Below are positions 10,061 to 19,271 of a DNA stretch of 64,000 nt, in pieces. Numbering within the stretch: position 1 is the first letter of the stretch; each line of letters opens with the position of its first letter. Where the stretch lies: IMG/VR virus record IMGVR_UViG_2693429668_000006. The stretch is one strand, 5' to 3'. The position numbers and the translations under genes were made by a program. This DNA comes from a virus. Its lineage: Duplodnaviria > Heunggongvirae > Uroviricota > Caudoviricetes. The notes beneath the pieces are model-generated. The model did no database searches, was not told the DNA's origin, and was given only the letters and a program-made list of their open reading frames with translations.

Positions 10061-10290
10061 GTTGTGCAGATTCGAAGCCTCTTTAAATTTTGCGCTGAAA
10101 ATTGTTATTTTACGGTAAGTAACGCTGTTTTCAGCGCATAAATGTCAGTGAATAATTTGATGCTTGCTGTAACGATGGTACGCTACGTAAAATCCGATAT
10201 TTATGAGACTGATTGCAGGTAAGGACTTACATAGCGCACAAAAATTGCTGATACCAGATGCAATATATGTTTAATGTCAAATTTTAGATA

Positions 10291-10306
10291 GGGGCGTATA
10301 CGCCCC
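10291..10306. terminator. palindromic hairpin GGGGCGTATACGCCCC followed by T-rich tract
   Basis: Perfect 16-bp palindrome then TGTCATTATTTTATTTT; abuts the stop of the lipoprotein gene at 10312. Confidence 0.5.
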
Positions 10307-10311
10307 TGTCA

Positions 10312-10866
10312 TTATTTTATTTTATCTTCTTCTAAACGAGAAAATTTAAATTGTTTATCGGTGATGGTGAGTAGTGTTACACCTTCCTTTTCGTGTAAAA
10401 GACCGGCACCGTTTGACACCATAATCAATCTATCCTTCCCTCGAAAGATTTCATAATATTTACCAGCTCCACAAGTTTTAGTTTCAATACAGTCCATGCC
10501 AGATACTGCTTCTCTGTTAAAAACACGATCTTTTGTAGCAACGGGTTTTCCGTACTCCTTTGTCAGCATTTCACTTATCTGGATGAATGTATACTTACCA
10601 ACATTACTGGTTAATGACATTTCGACTTTTCCGTCGATCAGGTTGCCATTCGTATGCGGTTCTTTTTCAGTCGGACTATTTTTATCTTGAAGAATAAACA
10701 CTTCAACATTTTGTGTTAGCTTCTTGAATTGGGCTTTATAATTTTGTTCAAGTTCACTTTTATCTTTGCCTATTAACGTTAATTCATCTATTTCAGATTC
10801 GTTACACCCTGTTAGTGTTAACGCAATTATTAGAGATGCGAAAATATTGAGATGGCACTTCTTCAT
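10312..10866 (-). CDS. lipoprotein (signal peptide with lipobox LTGC)
   Basis: 184 aa; MKKCHLNIFASLIIALTLTGC N-terminus; AT-rich like the neighbouring membrane protein. Confidence 0.6.
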   Translation of the reverse strand: MKKCHLNIFASLIIALTLTGCNESEIDELTLIGKDKSELEQNYKAQFKKLTQNVEVFILQDKNSPTEKEPHTNGNLIDGKVEMSLTSNVGKYTFIQISEMLTKEYGKPVATKDRVFNREAVSGMDCIETKTCGAGKYYEIFRGKDRLIMVSNGAGLLHEKEGVTLLTITDKQFKFSRLEEDKIK

Positions 10867-10985
10867 TAATTTGTCTCCATGTTTAACTGCTGCGATCTAA
10901 TCAGGAACATGAAGGCAGTCTAACGCTGCCTCGGATCAAAGCGATAAAACGATACGTGAATATAACTAAGTGTCAACAAATCAAA

Positions 10986-11006
10986 AAAGGGGCCGAAGCC
11001 CCTTTG
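10986..11006 (-). terminator. rho-independent terminator downstream of the tRNA cluster
   Basis: Stem AAAGGGGC-CGAA-GCCCCTTT; on the minus strand the stem is followed by a run of 6-7 T. Confidence 0.6.
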
Positions 11007-11159
11007 AATTTTGCGCTGAAAAAAGTGTTGCTAGGATGTTAGCAAGCTATGGTTAAGAACGTCTGCCGTAATTGTCTATCACAGCGTTGAGCGGTCTGGT
11101 TTATGTTAGCGGAGTCTTAATCTGGTTGATTAAAAGGCCAAACCGCTCAACGCTGTGTC

Positions 11160-11246
11160 TGGCGGAGAGTAATGGAATCGAACCATCATCGTTTGCACAA
11201 TGGGACGGTTTTCAAGACCGCTTGAGCACCATGCTCCCTACTCTCC
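11160..11246 (-). tRNA. tRNA-Ser (anticodon UGA), class II with long variable arm
   Basis: Minus-strand 87 nt: perfect 7-bp acceptor stem GGAGAGT/ACTCTCC, anticodon loop CTTGAAA, T-arm GGTTCGATTCC, encoded CCA; D-arm atypically short. Confidence 0.6.
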
Positions 11247-11540
11247 AATTGTGTTGTGTGCTCCGTTTCGTGGAGCTAACGGCGGGTGATCAGACCGCAC
11301 CAGGTTGGACGTATTTCAGCGTTATGCTGTTGCAAGAGAGCCAAATTGTGATGGCCGGTGCTGATCTCCGGCATTGCCTACGTTAGCGGCCTTCAGGCAG
11401 TTCATCCGCTTGCTTCTACGTCGCACATCAGCCTGTGCATTCACCACAATGTTGAGAACACTGGTTGTCACGCTGCAACGCAACATTATATTCATAAATT
11501 GGGATATGAACCCGTTACGCCAATGTTCTCAATATTATGT

Positions 11541-11616
11541 TGGTGCCGGTTAACGGACTTGAACCGCTGGCCATTTGCTTACAAAGCGACTGCTCTACCA
11601 ACTGAGCTAAACCGGC
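11541..11616 (-). tRNA. tRNA-Thr-like (anticodon UGU), possibly pseudo-tRNA
   Basis: 76 nt; acceptor GCCGGTT/AACCGGC, D-arm GCTCAGTTGGTAGAGC, T-arm GGTTCAAGTCC, CCA; anticodon loop TTTGTAA, but anticodon stem GTCGC/GCAAA has two mismatches. Confidence 0.5.
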
Positions 11617-11620
11617 AATT

Positions 11621-11707
11621 TGGTGGGGAGTGATGGAGTCGAACCACCCGAGTCGCAATGACAGTAGATTTACAGTCTACACCGCTACCTCTACGGACTA
11701 ACTCCCC
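11621..11707 (-). tRNA. tRNA-Tyr (anticodon GUA)
   Basis: 87 nt; acceptor GGGGAGT/ACTCCCC, anticodon stem-loop GTAGA-CTGTAAA-TCTAC, long variable arm, T-loop TTCGACT, encoded CCA. Confidence 0.8.
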
Positions 11708-11712
11708 TAAAT

Positions 11713-11787
11713 TGGCGATGGTGGGTGGATTCGAACCACCGATCAGTTGGTTAACAGCCAACTGCTCTACCGCTGAGCTACACCATC
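11713..11787 (-). tRNA. tRNA-Asn (anticodon GUU)
   Basis: 75 nt canonical cloverleaf: GATGGTG-TA-GCTC-AGCGGTA-GAGC-A-GTTGG-CTGTTAA-CCAAC-TGATC-GGTGG-TTCGAAT-CCACC-CACCATC-G-CCA. Confidence 0.85.
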
Positions 11788-12576
11788 AATTCAGCACTGC
11801 CAGTATTTATTACTCAGCAGTGCCAATCGCGGCGGTGTTAGTTTTTGCCAATAAACGCACCGCTACTTGCACTTTTCGTTAGTGCCAGACGTTTTCGACT
11901 TCGCTCAATAGAAGGCAAAATCTTTAAGTAGATGATGTTTCTGAGGACAGCACCTACTTTGTAATTTACATAATGCGGTGTATGGAATCATTTGTTGTGA
12001 AAACAGGCACCAATGGCAACAGTGGTTAAACCTACACAACAATCCTGTCTTCACAACGTTGAGGCCACTACCCCGATTGAATGTTTGCCCAACATGTTAC
12101 ATATCAACGTTCGCCAGTATCTCTGTGAATAGAACCTTAGAATTGATAAAAATGTAATGGCCTCAACGTTGTGTGCTGGCTAACCATACCAGCCGGGCTA
12201 CGTCGCCGCTTTTTAACCCAGTATAAACGACATAATTGAACAAAATGACGTAACAGGATGGGCGGTCAGTGGCTAAGAATCCGGGAGTGATATGGAGTTG
12301 GAAATATACCGACCGCCCATTCTGTTACTTCATCGGAGAGGGCATGGGTGGTGCCGTATCATGCCCTCTCCTGCGTTCTGCAATCACACTCGCTCAGTGT
12401 GTCCCATTTCGGTAACGAGGCTGGAAACTGACCTCGCTGGTGTTTGGCTTATTAGGCTACTGCCAGATAGACTTCTTCGTTTGCACTTGTATTTAAGTTC
12501 AAACAGTCGCGTCTCAACGAAAACAAAGCCATCTTATACATAAAAGATAAGTAAGTAAATACTTATCGTGATGTTT

Positions 12577-12867
12577 TTATTCGGTTGTGACTTTTTTGAT
12601 CATGGCCACTCTACGATCAGGTGTTCTTGTGATGGTTGCAGTGAATCGTTTCGCTTGGATAGTAATGGTTTCGTTCTCCTTAAGTTGCCCGTAGCGAGTT
12701 TCCACCAGGGTGCCAAGACGCCACAGGCAATCATCGATACGTTTATGACTGGCAAATTTAATCAGCAGCAGTTTTACGACTAACTGACCTACGTAAAAGG
12801 CGAATCCGACTCCAGTCGCGATGAAATAGTGTACCAACCACCAGTCCCAAGAAGTTAAATTGCTCAT
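12577..12867 (-). CDS. small membrane protein (96 aa)
   Basis: ORF track; TM segment WWLVHYFIATGVGFAFYVGQLVV; start overlaps stop of an upstream small ORF (ATGA). Confidence 0.45.
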   Translation of the reverse strand: MSNLTSWDWWLVHYFIATGVGFAFYVGQLVVKLLLIKFASHKRIDDCLWRLGTLVETRYGQLKENETITIQAKRFTATITRTPDRRVAMIKKVTTE

Positions 12868-13016
12868 TTTCTCACCTTTGTTTCATGAATTACCCGATAC
12901 ACACGCTTTCCGATGCACAGTGTTTTGGTTTTAAGTTCCTGCTTAATTAAGTCACGACAGATGCCGAAGCCGATAAGGAAACCAGCCATAAAAGCTAATG
13001 AGATGTATGGAATCAT
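12864..13016 (-). CDS. small membrane protein (50 aa, below ORF-track cutoff)
   Basis: Hand-translated: MIPYISLAFMAGFLIGFGICRDLIKQELKTKTL...; ATGA-coupled to both neighbours. Confidence 0.35.
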   Translation of the reverse strand: MIPYISLAFMAGFLIGFGICRDLIKQELKTKTLCIGKRVYRVIHETKVRK

Positions 13017-13228
13017 TCTAACGCTCCTGATTCTACTAATTGCTGTAGCAATACTTTCCCTTTATCAGTTAACTGGTAGTTGGCCGAGCACCACGTTTCA
13101 GAAACGTTTGCAACCAACCCTAACCGCTCTAACTTAGCCCGCGTTTTAGGCTTCCAGTACTCAGGGAACTCCGGCCACTTACTGATTTCATGAAGCGTTT
13201 CCTTCTCCCGCTTACTTAATACGATCAT
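13013..13228 (-). CDS. hypothetical protein (71 aa)
   Basis: ORF track; part of translationally coupled chain downstream of ligase. Confidence 0.45.
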   Translation of the reverse strand: MIVLSKREKETLHEISKWPEFPEYWKPKTRAKLERLGLVANVSETWCSANYQLTDKGKVLLQQLVESGALE

Positions 13229-13391
13229 CCTTAATCTCCTTCACTGTGTGGGTTATTTCTACAATGCGATAAATACGACCGCGTCGTTCTATAACACCGC
13301 TTTTAATGTAGTCATTGATGCAACTGGACATCACCACAATACCGATTAAAAAACCAACCGCTAAAAATGCAATCATCCAGCCGAGCATCAT
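13212..13391 (-). CDS. small membrane protein (59 aa, below ORF-track cutoff)
   Basis: Hand-translated MMLGWMIAFLAVGFLIGIVVMSSCINDYIKSG...; ATG overlaps ligase stop, 3' end overlaps next gene. Confidence 0.35.
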   Translation of the reverse strand: MMLGWMIAFLAVGFLIGIVVMSSCINDYIKSGVIERRGRIYRIVEITHTVKEIKDDRIK

Positions 13392-14710
13392 TCTTTATCT
13401 CCGATTCGATCTTCTGTATCGCGTAAGCAACGCGGCCATTTCAGTCGTGGGTGGCGTAAGCTGCCGTCCGGTGTTTTCTCGTGACAATGAACCTCAACAA
13501 TACGACCACGGTACTTCTCTTTGTTGTTCCAGATCTCGTCCAGATATTTATGCTTAATGCCGCTCGCACGAACAATCACACCGTTTTCAAGGCGAATAAC
13601 AATTTTTCCAAGCGTGTTGGCAAAACCAGAGTCCGGGTCGCCCGACTCAAAGTCGATAATTTCACCATCTTCTGAATCTTCGTCTTTTAACTTCCACCAG
13701 CTGCGGGTACGTTTAAACTCGTAAACAGAGTTCGGATCTTTGCCCATCTCCCCTTCTTCGTTATCGTCAAGGCGTTTCATGAAGCGTTCGATGAAGTCTT
13801 CGTGGCTATGGATGATATAGAACGGATGCAGGTGAATGTCTTGTGTGTAGCCTTCACTGCGATCGTTTTTGAACAACGCCACGAGAATAGCCAGGCGCTC
13901 TTTCAGCTTCATACCTGTCTTTGCATACTCTTTGGATTTAGCCTGTGCCCGCCATTCCGGTAGGAAGAAGTCGAAAACATGATAAATAGCGCCAATTGCC
14001 TGCACGTTCTTTTTGCGCAATGCAGATACGGACTGGTTAAATGAACCGGCTGTTCCTTCACCATCGAAGAAGATGTGTTTGTGGCCTGAAAGTTTGCCTA
14101 ATTCGAGCATTGCTGGCTTTAGGTGATCGAGAGACGTGATTGGATTACCAGTACGAGAAAGGAAGTTAACCTCTTCCTCGTCAACAATAACCTCGCAAAT
14201 TACTCGCAAACCATCGAGCTTAAGACTGCCAATCATCGGCCATTTTGCTTTAGGGTTTGGCTTGAAGGGGTATTTGTCGCCTTTTTCTTTATACGGTGAC
14301 GCCAGCTGCACCTCGAATTTCGGAATGGGATTTTCAAAAACCTTGTTGCATAGGCTAATCCCAACACCCGCTTTCGGGTCTTTTAAGAGGAAACGACGGA
14401 ACACGTCCTGCCCATCGGCGCACATTGACGCCACGATAGACTCAACAGCAGCTATTGCTGCGTTCCCCGTCAGCTCGCGAGAGGCCAGCTTATTCAGTAC
14501 ATCAATGGCTTTTTCGTCACTTGGGACGGACTCACTAAGCGGCTCTGCCACTTTGTATTTCTTTACCCCAAAACGGATGAAAGGGTTGAGCATCAATGAA
14601 ACCATGCTTTGTTCAAAGTCATCCATGTTGGCCAATGCCTCTTTTTTTGCATTGGTTCCCATAGCTTTCATTTCGTCCAGCTTATGCTTAAGTGCGATCA
14701 ACTTTTTCAT
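13388..14710 (-). CDS. ATP-dependent DNA ligase
   Basis: 440 aa; adenylation motif I KxDG in MIGSLKLDGLRVI; size and layout as in T7/T4-type ligases. Confidence 0.85.
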   Translation of the reverse strand: MKKLIALKHKLDEMKAMGTNAKKEALANMDDFEQSMVSLMLNPFIRFGVKKYKVAEPLSESVPSDEKAIDVLNKLASRELTGNAAIAAVESIVASMCADGQDVFRRFLLKDPKAGVGISLCNKVFENPIPKFEVQLASPYKEKGDKYPFKPNPKAKWPMIGSLKLDGLRVICEVIVDEEEVNFLSRTGNPITSLDHLKPAMLELGKLSGHKHIFFDGEGTAGSFNQSVSALRKKNVQAIGAIYHVFDFFLPEWRAQAKSKEYAKTGMKLKERLAILVALFKNDRSEGYTQDIHLHPFYIIHSHEDFIERFMKRLDDNEEGEMGKDPNSVYEFKRTRSWWKLKDEDSEDGEIIDFESGDPDSGFANTLGKIVIRLENGVIVRASGIKHKYLDEIWNNKEKYRGRIVEVHCHEKTPDGSLRHPRLKWPRCLRDTEDRIGDKE

Positions 14711-15177
14711 TGTTGTTTTGCCTCCATATGTTGATCGATTTGCTCATGTGTTTCTTTTGTTGTTTCTTCAATCAACGCCGCATACACGTCAGTGATCGCT
14801 GTTTGTGATGTGGCGCTCTTCTTAACCATGCTATTAATCATTACACTGTCACGTTTTCGTTTTATAGTTCTGGCTTGTTTATTCCGTTCTTCAACCTCCT
14901 TAATGAGTGCGGTCATATCTTCGAAATACAGAGATTCTCCTTTACGAATCTCTTCAACCATCATTTTTAACGCCTTGCATTTGCCTGCTTTAATAGCGGT
15001 TGCGCACGACTGGAAAGACGTTCGAGGAAGACGGTTTTCTTTGAAGGCAAGAATGGTGTGCTGGCAAACGGAGTAGCTGCAATATGCCGACTCACCGTTT
15101 ATCTTTACTTCCTCACAACGAAGTGAATAACCGTTATTTCCTGAAATAGAAGGGACTTTTGACAAATCAGCTTTCAC
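14707..15177 (-). CDS. hypothetical protein (156 aa)
   Basis: ORF track; ATGA-coupled to ligase gene; no motif recognised. Confidence 0.5.
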   Translation of the reverse strand: MKADLSKVPSISGNNGYSLRCEEVKINGESAYCSYSVCQHTILAFKENRLPRTSFQSCATAIKAGKCKALKMMVEEIRKGESLYFEDMTALIKEVEERNKQARTIKRKRDSVMINSMVKKSATSQTAITDVYAALIEETTKETHEQIDQHMEAKQQ

Positions 15178-15244
15178 AATTACCGCCAGAAATAATCTTG
15201 TGCTTACCTATCATTATTTGCGTAAAAAACGACACACAGAGAGC

Positions 15245-16027
15245 TTACCAACTTCCCCAGCTAATCATCTTGCGCTGATCGCTTTCTAAGCGATAGGGGG
15301 CAAGAAGCTCTGTGACATGATTGGTGGCGTATGATTTGGCCTCTTGCTCTATCATCGGTAATTCGTTAGCAATCCTGACCATCTTCCCAGCAAATTCCGC
15401 CATTACGCCATCACACGCCTTACCCGCATCAACAATGATATGCACAAGATCCAACTGGCTTTTGCACATGTCCCAAAGAGTCGAATATTCGCTCTCCCTG
15501 ATTAGGTTTACAGCATCATTAGCCCCTTTATTAATCAAAACCTCCAACAGATTTGTCGGGGTGACGAAATCGGCTTTCAGAGACAATGTTGGTTCAGCTT
15601 TTACCGACAGCAAGTAATCTTCAAAGTTTTGCTTGTCTTCCAGCAAAGCTAAACTACGCATAGCTCGAATTGATTCTCGAATAACGGCTTCAATATGTTC
15701 GTCACCTGGAGGACAGATAATGGTATCTGTATAGATGACTCTGCCATCAAACCACGCCCCAACCTGCACTTTTAGAGTTCGTAAGTTTTCTTTGCGTACA
15801 AAAACAACTAATGCAGAACGTCGTGCATGTGCAGGTTCGCCCCATACGCACAACTTAACCTTCAGATAAGGTAGCCCCGGTAGAGGGATCTCGACCAAAC
15901 GAGTGGCGATATGATCCATTGCCGTATTGACGGCTTTTTCAATGATGTCTAGCCGATTGCTCTCGCTGATTTCTAAACCAGTTTTATCAATGATGTTGCA
16001 GGCTAATCTCTTAATTTCTTCTTTCAT
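15245..16027 (-). CDS. hypothetical protein (260 aa)
   Basis: ORF track; operon-leading gene with promoter-like motif 40-60 nt upstream (16069-16089). Confidence 0.5.
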   Translation of the reverse strand: MKEEIKRLACNIIDKTGLEISESNRLDIIEKAVNTAMDHIATRLVEIPLPGLPYLKVKLCVWGEPAHARRSALVVFVRKENLRTLKVQVGAWFDGRVIYTDTIICPPGDEHIEAVIRESIRAMRSLALLEDKQNFEDYLLSVKAEPTLSLKADFVTPTNLLEVLINKGANDAVNLIRESEYSTLWDMCKSQLDLVHIIVDAGKACDGVMAEFAGKMVRIANELPMIEQEAKSYATNHVTELLAPYRLESDQRKMISWGSW

Positions 16028-16152
16028 ACCAACTCCTAGCTAACGGATGAAAGTATTCTTACAAAAACTTAAGTATGTATCTACTTATCATTTTAGGTGC
16101 AATAGTTCTTTATACTAAGATGCCGGGCATATCCTCAGCCCAGCATTCACCT

Positions 16153-16566
16153 TTAATGAGCTACAGCCTCACTGTTGCACATCTTTCTGTAGACCTGCTT
16201 ATAACGCTGTAAATCATGAGGATCATTAGGTGCCAACGACTTCGATAGGATTTTGTATACCACCCCTTTTGAAAACATGCCCTTTGGCTTCATTTCGAGT
16301 TCAACAACATATGAGTGATAGCCCACGTATGCACCAAAGCCATTTTTGGCGTTTAATTCACCACACACAAAGCCTGTCACACTCCCATCATCATGATCAG
16401 TCCTGACAAACTTATCTTTCCTAAACATCACCGACGTGGGATCTTTCATATCATCCGCAATTGCCTGTTGGCCCAGAGTAATAGCCTTCTCGTCTGTAGG
16501 CTTACACCCAACTAATGCAAACAACGACAATAAAGCACCTGTTAAAATCAACTTCTTTTTGCGCAT
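16153..16566 (-). CDS. lipoprotein (lipobox LVGC)
   Basis: 137 aa; MRKKKLILTGALLSLFALVGC signal/lipobox. Confidence 0.6.
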   Translation of the reverse strand: MRKKKLILTGALLSLFALVGCKPTDEKAITLGQQAIADDMKDPTSVMFRKDKFVRTDHDDGSVTGFVCGELNAKNGFGAYVGYHSYVVELEMKPKGMFSKGVVYKILSKSLAPNDPHDLQRYKQVYRKMCNSEAVAH

Positions 16567-16793
16567 TTTGACTTCCCTTTATTTATATTTATCGTAGGTA
16601 TTAGTTAACCAAAACACGAGCCGTGTCACAATAATTCCATAGCTCATTATTTCCATCAGTGATTAATATCACATCAACTTTACAGTTCATAAATTATCAA
16701 AGCTGACAGATTAACTAAATTTAAGTACCCTTTTCGCACACTTGACGCTTGCCGCGTCTAAACTGTTCATCCTATATCAACAGAACATAAAAT

Positions 16794-18047
16794 ATGAAAC
16801 TCATAAAACCTTCATCGTTGCTGGCATTAGCTTTGCTTTTCGGCCCTGGATACGTTAACGCAGATAATAAACAAACGCTGATCGACGCCGCCACCGCAGG
16901 AGATACCACAGCACAAAGTGCGTTAGGGACAAATTATTTGGATGGGGCTAATGGCTTTGATGAGGATTTAGTAGAGGCCAAGAAGTGGATCGATCTCGCC
17001 GCAGAAAAGGGAGATAAAGTAGCATATTATGCGCTTGGGGTTATGTACACAATTGGGAAGGGAGTAGATAAAGATCTAAATAAGGCCGTTGAGTACTACA
17101 AACTAGCAGGAAATGCTCGCAACGGCAGTGCTTACCATAATCTTGCCGTTATATACGAACGAGGTTGGACTGGAAAGGAGGACCCAGAAGCTGCTTTAAA
17201 ATATCACAAACTAGCAGTAGAAGCTGGTGATATACCTTCGCTTGCCTATATGGGATATTTATATCAATACGGTAAGGGAGTTCCGAAAGATTACAAGAAA
17301 GCATTTAAATCTTATAAAAAGGCTGCGGATAGTGGAAATGCCGCAGGAATGTATGGGCTAGGCTCTATGTACGACGATGGTGTTGCTGTTAAGCGCAACA
17401 ATAAAGAGGCAATTAAGTGGTACTTGAAAGCAGCTGAATTAGGAAATAATAACGCCATGAGCGCGCTTGGATACAAGTTGATGCATGGAGAAGGTATAAA
17501 AAAAGACTATTCGAAGGCCAGAAGTCTTTTAGAACAAGCAATCAGCTTAGGAAATGATTATGCCATGAACCACCTTGGTTACATGTATCTTAAGGGATTG
17601 GGCGTCAAACAGGATTATCGGAAAGCATCAGAGCTTTACCAAGCTGCTTGCGATAAAGATGACGAAACGGGCTGCGAAAACGTTGCTGCAATGAAAGCAA
17701 AAGGTACGTTCCGTTCGCCTTCAAAACAGCAAAATGCCAAATCTGACACTCAGCGACTTATTGCTAAATCCATTGATAAAGGCGTTAACGCAACATTTAC
17801 CTGGCAGGGTGATGATGCCGTCTTCACCGCTAATGATGGCAAAGTTGACTGCACCTTCTTGAAGGATTTTTCAGAGAAAGGAGGCAATCTGGCTACCTCG
17901 TTTGTTTGCACCGATAACGTTCAAATCATCCTGAAGCAATTCAGAGATACCAAGAATGCCTACCTCGCGGTAATGACTGACAACTTCAACACAGAAGTTA
18001 AATCATTTTCGGTCAATGTTTACGTGACTAATACTGGTTCAAACTAA
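16794..18047 (+). CDS. secreted Sel1-repeat (SLR/TPR-like) protein
   Basis: 417 aa; signal peptide MKLIKPSSLLALALLFGPGYVNA; at least 7 tandem ~36-aa Sel1 repeats (A..YxLGxMYxxGxGVxxDxxxAxxWYxKAA pattern). Confidence 0.8.
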   Translation: MKLIKPSSLLALALLFGPGYVNADNKQTLIDAATAGDTTAQSALGTNYLDGANGFDEDLVEAKKWIDLAAEKGDKVAYYALGVMYTIGKGVDKDLNKAVEYYKLAGNARNGSAYHNLAVIYERGWTGKEDPEAALKYHKLAVEAGDIPSLAYMGYLYQYGKGVPKDYKKAFKSYKKAADSGNAAGMYGLGSMYDDGVAVKRNNKEAIKWYLKAAELGNNNAMSALGYKLMHGEGIKKDYSKARSLLEQAISLGNDYAMNHLGYMYLKGLGVKQDYRKASELYQAACDKDDETGCENVAAMKAKGTFRSPSKQQNAKSDTQRLIAKSIDKGVNATFTWQGDDAVFTANDGKVDCTFLKDFSEKGGNLATSFVCTDNVQIILKQFRDTKNAYLAVMTDNFNTEVKSFSVNVYVTNTGSN

Positions 18048-19220
18048 TGCTGCTATACCTTTTACCTTGCTTAAAAGTTCAAGCTGTCGTGAGTAAGGTT
18101 TTGCGCAATAGTAGGCTTTGATAATCTGCCCCGGTGTCGCATCGCCGGGGTCGAGTCCTTCCTCGCCCAAACACGCAACTTTGACATTAAGACCAATACT
18201 GGTCAGTCGCCTGGCTGCGGCCATCGTGTTTCGTATAGCTTGCTTTTCACTATCCCACATCATGATCACATTACGTAATCCACGCGCCTTGAGCGTCAGG
18301 AACGCGCCCAACTGATCTTCTGCATCCTGAGTGGTGTTGCCAGATAGATGCATCCCGAACGTTCCTATTGGCTCCACGTAATCACGTAATGTTTCTTCGT
18401 CGAAAATAGCTCGTTTGACCCCCATAACATCGAACGCACCCTCACAGACAACTACAGTCTGTTTGCCGACTGCATTATGGCCGTTGTAGAGAAATTTACC
18501 TGAAGCTGGAAGCTGCATAGGAAAGAGGTAGCGGCGTTCTGCTGTACCGGTAATGTCTCGTCCCTGAAATGTCTTCATTACCCCATCCAGATCGTAAACC
18601 GGTATCAGTATTCGCATATCGAATATCTGCCCTTTTACCTGATCTGTATACGGATCTACATAAGCGTGCTTGCCTTCGACGCAGTATCGTAGGTCAAAAT
18701 ACTTTGCCATTTCAGGTGATATGTTTCGTTCAACCAGATAGTCTGGAAGACGGCCATCTATAGGAAGCTCGTAATGACGAGGGAGTGCAACTGGCCCCTC
18801 TAACTCGACTGTGCTTGCAAGCACTAGCTCTTCTTTCTTTGGTGTCCACCCCTGGGAAAGAAGAGCGTTCTGCACATATTCCTCGAACTGTCGTCGTGAT
18901 TTACCGCTGTAGTGCTTGAGGAAGACCAGCTTATTGAACTGAATCTCTTCGGGATGATCACCAGCGAAGCATTTGCCGACGCCACTGGTCAGATTGAAAT
19001 ATACCTTCCAGTTGGAGCTGCCGCATACCGGACACTCTTTGATATTCACTTCACGACCGCGAGCACTCACGCCTCCACGTCGATAAACGATACCTTCAGT
19101 ATCCAACCATTGTTCAAAATCTAATTCGGCAATTAGCTCTTTCAGCTCGCTCACGATAATTCCACTTTTAACAGGCAATATTGTGACCAACCTAAATGTT
19201 GATATAACATAAAGGCTCAT
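18039..19220 (-). CDS. DNA primase (zinc-finger plus TOPRIM)
   Basis: Zn-binding CPVCGSSNWKVYFNLTSGVGKCFAGDHPEE; TOPRIM region VVVCEGAFDVMGV. ORF-track start 19292 lies inside a terminator hairpin, so start placed at ATG 19220 (GTG at 19154 also possible). Confidence 0.75.
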   Translation of the reverse strand: MSLYVISTFRLVTILPVKSGIIVSELKELIAELDFEQWLDTEGIVYRRGGVSARGREVNIKECPVCGSSNWKVYFNLTSGVGKCFAGDHPEEIQFNKLVFLKHYSGKSRRQFEEYVQNALLSQGWTPKKEELVLASTVELEGPVALPRHYELPIDGRLPDYLVERNISPEMAKYFDLRYCVEGKHAYVDPYTDQVKGQIFDMRILIPVYDLDGVMKTFQGRDITGTAERRYLFPMQLPASGKFLYNGHNAVGKQTVVVCEGAFDVMGVKRAIFDEETLRDYVEPIGTFGMHLSGNTTQDAEDQLGAFLTLKARGLRNVIMMWDSEKQAIRNTMAAARRLTSIGLNVKVACLGEEGLDPGDATPGQIIKAYYCAKPYSRQLELLSKVKGIAALV

Positions 19221-19271
19221 GTGTTTTTCTTTTGTGGTTTGGCAAAAGAAAAGTTGTTTCACCAATGAATC

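Noticed and set aside
11072-11882. Four ORF-track ORFs (60-104 aa) across the tRNA region
   Set aside because: They overlap the predicted tRNA genes and terminator on either strand and have no coding features; this region is RNA-coding or non-coding.
12292-12543. 83-aa plus-strand ORF in the hairpin-rich region
   Set aside because: It runs through long perfect inverted repeats, has no SD and a Arg/Leu-rich composition typical of random translation of structured DNA.
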